Below, piece after piece: positions 1 to 7,695 of a DNA stretch of 64,000 nt. A program made the translations under genes and the position numbers. Every line of letters begins with the position of its first letter. The stretch's first letter is position 1. Source of the stretch: an uncultured Ignavibacteria bacterium (GTDB lineage: Bacteria > Zixibacteria > MSB-5A5 > CAIYYT01); NCBI GenBank assembly GCA_964576925.1, contig CAZNWJ010000010.1, positions 2,363-66,362 on the forward strand. Reading direction: 5' to 3'. Below the pieces are notes generated by a model that was not told the DNA's origin, made no database searches, and saw nothing but the letters and a program-made list of their open reading frames with translations.

Positions 1-1
1 T

Positions 2-217
2 CAAAATCACATCGCAGGAAGTGCAGAAATGAAGTTCGTCCGCAGGGGGCGCGTGTTCTTGCGAAACACTTCTCTAGGCGGCGCCATGGCCACTGTGCTG
101 GTCACAGAGCCGACTAATCCGAATCCGTATGTTCTCGAAGCTGATGACCGGCTCGGTTTGAAAGAGAAGTGCATAATAGATTTTTTCGGAAGAAAGTACC
201 GTTTTTCCATGAATTGA
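2..217 (+). CDS. 3' end of a hypothetical protein truncated by the window start; first visible gene of the tubulin-like operon
   Basis: Frame is open from base 2 to TGA at 215-217; the stop overlaps the GAGGAGG RBS of the next gene. No recognisable motif. Confidence 0.5.
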   Translation, partial: QNHIAGSAEMKFVRRGRVFLRNTSLGGAMATVLVTEPTNPNPYVLEADDRLGLKEKCIIDFFGRKYRFSMN

Positions 218-231
218 GGAGGTAATTGACC

Positions 232-3102
232 ATGGCAGGATTGCGATCAACAATGTACATCGGCTTAGGCGGTTTCGGGAGTTCTGTAGTGCGCGAGATT
301 AAGCGCCGAATCGCAGAAGTCAAACCGGATCAAGTTGACGGTTTTGGATTCTTGGCCCTCGATACTCAAGGATGGAGTAAGAGCGACATTCTCATAAAGA
401 ACGAATACATACCAATGGCTCTTGGCGTGAGTCCGCAGACAGTCTCGAGTAACGACCCCAAGTTTTTGGGCTGGTTCCCCAAGCTAATGGGCAACACCGG
501 CAACTACACGATTAGCGGCGGTGCAGACGCTAAGAGGCCAGTTGGACGACTTGCGTTTCGATATGGCAAGACTCTCGCAGAGTTCATTTCAAAGTTCAGT
601 CAAACTTCGCGCGGTCTGAAAGAAGAGCGAAGTGGATTCGAGTCAGGAATGCAGCCCAAGTTTTATGTTATCTCGACTCTTGCGGGCGGTACTGGTTCTG
701 GATGCCTGATTGATGTACTCTTTGTGGTCGGCAAATTGATCAAGCAGGAAATTGGGGAAGGTGCGTCTTACCAACTGATTGCCGTAATGCCGGAATTCTT
801 GCAAAGCAAAGTGAACATGGAGCGTCTTGGCATGTTTAGGGCCAACGCTTATGCGACACTGAAGGAGCTGCATCATGTCCTGACAACCAATGAACCTCCT
901 ACTGCGAGCTTTGATGATAACTTTCTGGCTAATATTAGTTTGAGCAAAGAGTACCTTCCGCAGGCGGTGCACATCGTTGGTGACAGAAATGAACACGGAA
1001 CTCTCATACTAAAACAGCCTGAAGAGATGATTGCGACAGTCTCAGCTTACTTAGAATCAGAGATTGTGACACCTGTCGATGTTGCAGGCGGGAAACCTCG
1101 TATTCAGGACATGGAAAATCAATACATCGATGAGGTAGGTCACAGTAATATGGCGCGCTGCATTTCGTCGATAGGTGTAACGACAGTCGGAATTCCCAAG
1201 GATCATATTGACCGGCTGTATGCGCTAATGCTTCTGGAGGCGTCCCTCGAAAAGGAAATCCAAGCGACCGTAAATGTGTATGAGCAGACGGCTGATTGGC
1301 TTACTTCAGAGAGGCTGTGTGAAACCGGCACGAACCAGCTTCAAGACTCTATTCGTGCGGCATTGGCACCAGAATTGTTCGACACCGCAATTGATCCGAG
1401 GGGGAGATTGCTCGACTCCGGATATAAGCGGGAAAAACTGGCCGGTGAGTGCCAGAAGTACTCCGAGGAGCTGGACAAGTCGATCGCGAAGGAGCGCAAG
1501 CCAGAGATTCTTAAACAGGGGAAATTGCGTAAGCAAGGAGCGATTTTGGCCCTAAAGGGGAAAGCTGACTCAATACTGAGAACCGGAGTGCATGGAGAGG
1601 TGCTGGCTTTTCTGAATCAGCTTGAGCACGCGCTAAAAAGCCACCAGGCTTCGATGAGCGAGGAGCATAAGCAGGCGCAGAACCGGCTTGCACTACTCGA
1701 AGGTGACGTGAAGAAAGCGATCGAAGGCGTTGGTGATTCGATCCAAGGATTCTGGGGGCGCACGGAAAGAATCGTTGATGCGATCAGCGATTTTGGACAC
1801 CGAAAAGAAGCCGAACTGAGCGCATCGATTGACTTGTGGGTCAGCGAGCAAGCGGCAGAAGTCTTCTCTGCAATTGTTGGAGAATGTGCGGTTTTGGCAA
1901 AAGACTATAAATCAAAAGTTGAAATGCTCAAGGGTCGACTGAAAGCGATTCAAGAAGAGATTCATGCCGAGAATCGTCAAATTGATGCGCTTGCTGACCT
2001 CAACAAGCGGGGAGAGGGGAATAGGTTCAGCTTGGTTGACAGCAGCCGTGCCAGGGAACTGTACAAAGAGAAAATCGCTCCGGAAATCGGCGCCAGCATA
2101 GGAAGAATACGTGGCCGCTGGATTGATAGTCCAAAGTTGAGCGACAGCAAAACCACTACAGAAGACTGGATACAGCTTCAAAGCGGCAAGATTGTCGCAG
2201 AGGAGATAAGTGCGAAGCTGGCTGATCAGAGTTTTATGACGGTATTGGAGAGATTTTATTCAAAGACCGACGACCGGAATTCGCTTTTCGACACTCTTAA
2301 CACAATTTCGTCGCCATTATTCCACCTCGACCGGAATAAAGAAGAAACTGCTTATGATGACCAAATACTATTTGGGATCCATAATGATCTCCGAGATGAG
2401 TTTTTTACGAAGTATGAACGTATGTTCGAAGTTAGGGGAAAAGGGCACCTGCATTTTGACTCAAAGCATGAGATAAAGATTTATCAGGTTGTATTTGGGT
2501 ACACACTGCATTCGCACAGTTCCATTGTGCTCTATGAACGAGAACTAAGGCAGCGCCTTCAAAAATACTTCCAGCAAAAGGCGTCCAAGAAAACACCCGG
2601 CACCTCCTTTCACAGCTGGATTGAGGCATTCGAATGGCCAGAAATACTGCCAAGCAAGTCCAGTGAAGAAGCTGCATCATGGTTCGTACTGGGAAGGGCG
2701 TTCAGCACATTGTTTCCCTCTGAAGGTGCAGCCTCCGCCGATGACAAGAAGAATACGGCTTACCTCTTCAAGAGAGGAGCCAATTTCTATATCCAATTAG
2801 ATGATGCGAACAAACCGCAGCTCATCGGCAACGGACTGCCGGCAGCATTTGCGGAATTCAGTGATCGATTGGATTGGCAGTCGGTGTTAAGGGAAAAGAT
2901 CACTCGTAAGCGGAATGAAATTGGCGAGAGAACCCTGGCCGACCGGCTGGTTAAGGAATTCGTTCCGTTGATTTCATCCGAGATCGAGACGGCTGAAAAC
3001 AACCCTGATGGCAATTCGGCCGAGCGTGCTCGAATCCTGCGAAAGATGCTGGTGGCATTGGAACAGTATCTAAAGTCCGAGCTTACGACAGCGACGTTTT
3101 AG
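232..3102 (+). CDS. Tubulin/FtsZ-like GTPase (Tubulin_2-type) with long helical/coiled-coil C-terminus
   Basis: N-terminal IGLGGFGSSV loop and STLAGGTGSG tubulin signature. Strong RBS GAGGAGG at 216-222 favours ATG 232 over TTG 226. Confidence 0.85.
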   Translation: MAGLRSTMYIGLGGFGSSVVREIKRRIAEVKPDQVDGFGFLALDTQGWSKSDILIKNEYIPMALGVSPQTVSSNDPKFLGWFPKLMGNTGNYTISGGADAKRPVGRLAFRYGKTLAEFISKFSQTSRGLKEERSGFESGMQPKFYVISTLAGGTGSGCLIDVLFVVGKLIKQEIGEGASYQLIAVMPEFLQSKVNMERLGMFRANAYATLKELHHVLTTNEPPTASFDDNFLANISLSKEYLPQAVHIVGDRNEHGTLILKQPEEMIATVSAYLESEIVTPVDVAGGKPRIQDMENQYIDEVGHSNMARCISSIGVTTVGIPKDHIDRLYALMLLEASLEKEIQATVNVYEQTADWLTSERLCETGTNQLQDSIRAALAPELFDTAIDPRGRLLDSGYKREKLAGECQKYSEELDKSIAKERKPEILKQGKLRKQGAILALKGKADSILRTGVHGEVLAFLNQLEHALKSHQASMSEEHKQAQNRLALLEGDVKKAIEGVGDSIQGFWGRTERIVDAISDFGHRKEAELSASIDLWVSEQAAEVFSAIVGECAVLAKDYKSKVEMLKGRLKAIQEEIHAENRQIDALADLNKRGEGNRFSLVDSSRARELYKEKIAPEIGASIGRIRGRWIDSPKLSDSKTTTEDWIQLQSGKIVAEEISAKLADQSFMTVLERFYSKTDDRNSLFDTLNTISSPLFHLDRNKEETAYDDQILFGIHNDLRDEFFTKYERMFEVRGKGHLHFDSKHEIKIYQVVFGYTLHSHSSIVLYERELRQRLQKYFQQKASKKTPGTSFHSWIEAFEWPEILPSKSSEEAASWFVLGRAFSTLFPSEGAASADDKKNTAYLFKRGANFYIQLDDANKPQLIGNGLPAAFAEFSDRLDWQSVLREKITRKRNEIGERTLADRLVKEFVPLISSEIETAENNPDGNSAERARILRKMLVALEQYLKSELTTATF

Positions 3103-3123
3103 CCGCGGAAGATAGGGTGTCTC

Positions 3124-5340
3124 TTGCAAGGTCTTCGACAAGACATAGAGCAGCATGTTACGAAGTGGCAGCGTGATGATCCTCTGAAAGCGGCTCGCGT
3201 GATCAATGTCCTCCTTTCAGAGGATCTTCGAGATGTTAAGGAATGTTCTGACCAGCTCTTTCCTCACCCTAGTCCTTCCCTAGAGGCAATTGCGCCTTGG
3301 GTCGTTCTCGGGAGCGATATTTCCGAGAATGAAGTTGCACTCCAAAGGGCCTGCAAGAAGTCATTCGATTCTAACCTTCTGCAGCACTTGATCCTTGAAG
3401 GATGTCAAGTTATTGGCGACTCTAGCCTAATTGTAGCGGTTGGAGACCTTTGCGATAAAGAAGCGATGGCTCGATGCCGTTCTGCGATTGAGGTTCTGAG
3501 GGGCTGCCTTTCCGGCCTCGTCGAACCTGGCACGCCAGTGATTGCCATAGGAGTCTTCACTTTGAGGAGATTTGTAGCCAGCTCTGACTCTCCAACGGGA
3601 CGTATTCGAGATGCAGAACCTGAATTCGACGTAGAATCGCTGGCGGAAGTCGATATGGATGCCACACTGAATCTGCTGAGGGACGGGGAGCTGTTCGATC
3701 GGGTGTTTCTTGTAGATGTTGCGACCCAGGAAGGTGTCTTGCTTACAGGTCCCGCCGATCAGCATCTTCTTCTGTCACAAATCATCAATGCGATCGTCGC
3801 AATGCAGGCACGCACTATTGACCCAGATGAGTTCATTAGATGGGCCAGGAATTCAGGTGTTGTTGATGGGTGCATTAGTAGTGCCGGCGTTTTTATGCTC
3901 GACATTCCGGTTGCTGATATCGTGGAAAAGGTTGCGGTCGCTAAGGGCTGCGATGTGCTGGAATCAGCAGTATTAAAATGTCCAAACCTGTCGCACAGCA
4001 CGTTTTATTTCAACGATTTCTTGGTCAGGAACCGCACAAGCTCGACAGACACGCTTCAGGCGAAAATTGCTGAATCGATTTCGACAAACTTTGTCGAACC
4101 ATTTGCAAAGTTGCCTAACTTCAACGAAATGACTTTTGCTTCGCAAGTCACTGAGATCATTCACAATCACAACAGCTCGATCGAATCGGCAGCCCAGCTT
4201 AAAGTGCTGTTGCTCCTTGCTGGCAGAGAAGAATTGGCAGTGTTGAAAAATAGCCTTTTCGATTATGCCGATTCGATCATTCGCGGGGAATTTGGCGGGC
4301 TAACATTGGCACGCGAATTCCTTAAACAACTTGAAGAGAACCTCAAGTTAGAACACGAAAAGAGCAAATCAGCAGAACTTACTGAACGCTCTGACTCGGC
4401 TATCAAAGAACTCTCTTGTCTTGTGACAGAAGAAGCATTCGCCGAGTCCTTGGCCATTCGGCTGGCAGTGTTGCTCATCACCATAATCGCAGCAGTTTCA
4501 GTGTTTAGCGCATCTCCCGCAAGTTTCGCTATCACCCTGGCGTCTGTCTTGCTGACTGGATCAGCTGTAGGTGGCTTCCTATGGCACTCTTCTAAGACTC
4601 GTCGGGAAAACAAGCTGAACGATACTATCTCTAAGTTGAGAAAAAACTGGTCGCTTCTGAAGAGAAATGCGGTAAGTGAAGTGACTTCATCTCTTCAGCT
4701 TAATCTGCTTGAAGCCGTTACTGCACTGCGGGTTAATTTGGAAGGAGCCAGTTCAAGAATTGAGTTTGTGATCGAACACTTTTCGAAGTCGGGCATGGAT
4801 CTTACCGCGGCTGACCATCCGACTCGAAGATGCTTGGTCGACCAAGCCGATCCTTTCAAAAGTTATATTGAAAGGGCTAATGTAGACATTGGACCTCTTG
4901 CAATGAGATTTCTTCGCGAGGACACGCCGTCGCAACTATGGAGACACTTTGTTGCGCAAAGTGCAACGCTTCCGTCCGGAAGGGAGAACTTGTTGTTTGA
5001 GCGTGCTGCACTGCGTGTGGTCCCGACCTGCCAGTGGATAGCGGAACTTGTGCTTTATGATGAAATGCCAAAGGATGCCGGCATGAGGGAAAGACTCTTC
5101 GAGCTGATCCTAAATGGCACAACCTTCTACCTCCGAATTGACCCGAATCTACAGCGGAGAAGTACATCATTTCGCGGTCACTTAGAATCAGCTACACACG
5201 CACTTGGTGATCAGCTTCTCAGCTCGTTAATCAAGCGCACAGGAGGAACGTTCGGGTCTAACCATCAGGGCGCGGTTTCCCGAGTTACGAGTATTGTCTT
5301 CCTTGACGGCGTCGAACTCGCGGCAGTGAAGTGGAGGTAG
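3124..5340 (+). CDS. Degenerate tubulin-like protein with a C-terminal-half transmembrane hairpin
   Basis: CISSAGVFMLDIPVADI aligns with CISSIGVTTVGIPKDHI of the upstream GTPase; FDRVFLVD...EG resembles PQAVHIVG...HG. No GGxG or GGGTGS motif. Two hydrophobic helices (LAVLLITIIAAVSVF / FAITLASVLLTGSAVGGFLW). Confidence 0.6.
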   Translation: MQGLRQDIEQHVTKWQRDDPLKAARVINVLLSEDLRDVKECSDQLFPHPSPSLEAIAPWVVLGSDISENEVALQRACKKSFDSNLLQHLILEGCQVIGDSSLIVAVGDLCDKEAMARCRSAIEVLRGCLSGLVEPGTPVIAIGVFTLRRFVASSDSPTGRIRDAEPEFDVESLAEVDMDATLNLLRDGELFDRVFLVDVATQEGVLLTGPADQHLLLSQIINAIVAMQARTIDPDEFIRWARNSGVVDGCISSAGVFMLDIPVADIVEKVAVAKGCDVLESAVLKCPNLSHSTFYFNDFLVRNRTSSTDTLQAKIAESISTNFVEPFAKLPNFNEMTFASQVTEIIHNHNSSIESAAQLKVLLLLAGREELAVLKNSLFDYADSIIRGEFGGLTLAREFLKQLEENLKLEHEKSKSAELTERSDSAIKELSCLVTEEAFAESLAIRLAVLLITIIAAVSVFSASPASFAITLASVLLTGSAVGGFLWHSSKTRRENKLNDTISKLRKNWSLLKRNAVSEVTSSLQLNLLEAVTALRVNLEGASSRIEFVIEHFSKSGMDLTAADHPTRRCLVDQADPFKSYIERANVDIGPLAMRFLREDTPSQLWRHFVAQSATLPSGRENLLFERAALRVVPTCQWIAELVLYDEMPKDAGMRERLFELILNGTTFYLRIDPNLQRRSTSFRGHLESATHALGDQLLSSLIKRTGGTFGSNHQGAVSRVTSIVFLDGVELAAVKWR

Positions 5341-5344
5341 CTTT

Positions 5345-6520
5345 GTGTTGTTCCTTAGCTTAGTAGTCTACATAGTACTTCTGGTCATTTATCTGCCTGT
5401 CGTCAGGCCAGTGCTGGCATGTACAGAGAATGTACCGGATGCCCTCGAAGACATGCTGCTTTTTGCCGCCGCATTCGCTTTGACGCGTTTTGCATTGTAT
5501 CTGGCCGAGATCTACCATGAAGGGCTCTTATCCAAGCTTCAGAAGATTGTATCTAAGGACGGAATACGTCGTCTTGCATTTGTGAATGCCGCAATAGTGA
5601 TGTTTGCAGTACTTGCTCAGCTTATAGCAAAAGGCGAGTGGATAGGAGGGGCACCAATGGACTTCATGCTCCCAGTCTTCGTTGTGTCAATCCTTAACGC
5701 ATTTGGAATCGAGTTGTTTCCAAAGGTGATGCTAAAGAATGGCAGCTCTTCGACGGCCATGCCCAAAATATTGCCGGATCCCAGTTCGTTCTCGGAGGCG
5801 CCAGACCTGGTTCAGACGCCCCCCGGAGATGGCGATACCAAGGTTGTGGTACCGCAGTCTGAAGAGCAAGATTCTGAGATTCAAGAGTTCCCAACTATAC
5901 CGCCTCGGCGCAATTTTGAGTGGACGATGAATGGCAAGAGATTCCAAGTCCAAATAGATGTTCGCGAAGCAGTCTATAGAGAGCTGGCGAGTCGACCGCG
6001 TAATCTTAACCACAATGAGTGGGGAAAACACTACGTTTGTGATGGAATCACAGCAGAAATTCGAGAAGTAGCCTCCGAGCTGGCAAAGAAAGCCGAAGGG
6101 CAGAATTGTCGAAACGAAGTTGATTTGGTGCTTTCGTTTGTTCAGCAAGTTGTGAAATACACGAGTGACGGAGCGCGCGAGTACCCTCGCTATCCACTCG
6201 AAACACTTCATGATTCACTTGGTGATTGTGAAGATTTCGTGATTTTGGCGGCCGCCATTCTGAAATGCCTGTACTACGATGTCGCTTTGCTTCTGCTTCC
6301 AGAGCACGTCGCGCTTGGTGTAGCTGCCGCTGGTAATCTGCCCGGTCACTCAATTTCTCATGATGGGGTCGAATATTACTACTGCGAGATGACAGCCAAT
6401 CATGAGTTCGGGTCTTTGCCCGAAGACTGTGATCTGTCCAAAGCAGTGGTGCTGCCGGTCCCTGAGCCGGAAAGAAAAATAGTCTTGGTGGGCGACGAGC
6501 CCCGGATGATGTCCGATTGA
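5345..6520 (+). CDS. Membrane protein (about 4 N-terminal TM helices) with a C-terminal transglutaminase-like/papain-fold domain
   Basis: YPLETLHDSLGDCEDF (Cys), PEHVALGV (His) and YYCEMT (acidic) motifs; hydrophobic N-terminus followed by a Pro/Glu-rich linker. Confidence 0.8.
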   Translation: MLFLSLVVYIVLLVIYLPVVRPVLACTENVPDALEDMLLFAAAFALTRFALYLAEIYHEGLLSKLQKIVSKDGIRRLAFVNAAIVMFAVLAQLIAKGEWIGGAPMDFMLPVFVVSILNAFGIELFPKVMLKNGSSSTAMPKILPDPSSFSEAPDLVQTPPGDGDTKVVVPQSEEQDSEIQEFPTIPPRRNFEWTMNGKRFQVQIDVREAVYRELASRPRNLNHNEWGKHYVCDGITAEIREVASELAKKAEGQNCRNEVDLVLSFVQQVVKYTSDGAREYPRYPLETLHDSLGDCEDFVILAAAILKCLYYDVALLLLPEHVALGVAAAGNLPGHSISHDGVEYYYCEMTANHEFGSLPEDCDLSKAVVLPVPEPERKIVLVGDEPRMMSD

Positions 6521-6882
6521 CAGATTGAAATAGAAAGGGCCCAAGGAGTACTCCGGAATCAAGCTCTTCCATTAGATCGATCCTAGTCTCTGGTCAGCGC
6601 ACTTGGATTGAGTATTACATCTGAAATCGAGTGCCGAGCTAGCAAACGATCCGAGCTATTCAAGTTACAAAGGACTAGTAGTGTCCACTGTCAGATTTGG
6701 GAAGATGTGATTCATCATACGTCGTGTTCGCGTCAGCTGAATCTGGACACCAAGGGGTGCTTGAGTCAATACACAGTTTGGGTAAACTGTTGCATGGTGG
6801 AAATCAGTTCGCCGTAAGCATAGAACATGGTCAAATACCGAGAAGTGGAATACATGAATTTTCGTTTGAAAGACTCCGTTTT

Positions 6883-7104
6883 CTAACACCTGTCTAACAT
6901 AACTGGCCGAAACACGGGACAACACCGGACAGAATGAAAAGCATAAGTCTTTGTCAGTATTGTCCCGTCTTAGGGATGCCGTGAGAGCTCATCACGCGAA
7001 GATCAACTGTCGAAAATGCCTGGCTTAGCGGCGAGAAATCGGCCACAATTTGGTCACAGTGGCCAGTAAGTCCTTGTGCCACAACGCGAGTCTGGGGTTC
7101 GATT
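6883..7104 (+). repeat. att-like junction, copy 1 (diverged direct repeat of 27713-27964)
   Basis: Exact shared blocks with copy 2: GGGACAACACCGGACA (6916-6931), CACAATTTGGTCACAGT (7044-7060), CCACAACGCGAGTC (7079-7092). Also tandem 11-bp-period arm-like hexamers/heptamers (CTAACA x2, GG[C/T]CACA x2), IHF-like TAAGTnnTTG motifs, a tRNA-Met-like 18-mer (6987-7004) and GGGGTTCGATT (7095-7104). Confidence 0.7.
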
Positions 7105-7236
7105 ATCAAGTTCAGTTGGCGCTTCTAAGCTGTTAATAGACAACAAGATATAAACCCGTGTAAACGTGGCAAAGAGGCACGATTACAGCGCCGCCGCCTC
7201 AAAACTCTTCACCGAACATAAAGGACGCTTTGAGTC

Positions 7237-7440
7237 TTACAACCCGATCTTCGGAGTTCGGCTATAGCGTCCCTTCACCGATTTTGTGTTCAGCCACTTC
7301 TGAATCTCGTCGGGACGAAACCGCACGAAGTTTCCAATCTTCAAGTGAGGAATGTATTCAATATGAGTCCACTGGTAGATGGTTGACTTCTTCACACAGA
7401 GCATTTCGGCCAATTCTTCAGCTTTCAAGAGCCTGTCCAT
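7237..7440 (-). CDS. Excisionase/AlpA-like helix-turn-helix DNA-binding protein (HTH_17 type)
   Basis: MDRLLKAEELAEMLCVKKSTIYQWTHIEYIPHLKIGNFVRF is a typical HTH_17 pattern. GGAGG RBS precedes ATG 7440; gene lies next to the att-like junction. Confidence 0.8.
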   Translation of the reverse strand: MDRLLKAEELAEMLCVKKSTIYQWTHIEYIPHLKIGNFVRFRPDEIQKWLNTKSVKGRYSRTPKIGL

Positions 7441-7561
7441 GTCTTCAATACCTCCCGCACTCATCTGCTTATTATTGAGTTGATAGTTGTTCCTCGCCTC
7501 TCAGGGAAGTCCGGAGTGAATAACGTCATGACTGAAAGGGGACCCAGATTGCGCTTGACGA

Positions 7562-7590
7562 TCAATGAAAATGAGCTTTATTCAATGAAA
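7562..7590. promoter_or_regulatory. Direct repeat TCAATGAAA x2 (20-bp period) in the divergent promoter region between the HTH gene and the 9-gene operon; possible operator
   Basis: TCAATGAAA at 7562-7570 and 7582-7590. Function is inferred from position only. Confidence 0.3.
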
Positions 7591-7695
7591 GACATATTCA
7601 TCAACGACTGAACAATTGGTGCTTGCATTCAAGAGTTGCGACCCGATATTGTGAATTGATCCGGTAACAAATTCAGGCATAAAAGAGGCACGACC

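Noticed and set aside
6521-6882. Integrase remnant in the gap before junction copy 1 (also checked 7105-7236 and 27318-27712)
   Set aside because: No R-H-R-Y tyrosine-recombinase or serine-recombinase motif in the listed ORFs; the short ORFs there look spurious.
6883-7104. Possible CRISPR array or integron attC sites suggested by the short repeats
   Set aside because: There are no regularly spaced identical repeats with unique spacers, no cas or intI genes, and no attC-type GTTRRRY ends; an att/arm-site reading fits better.
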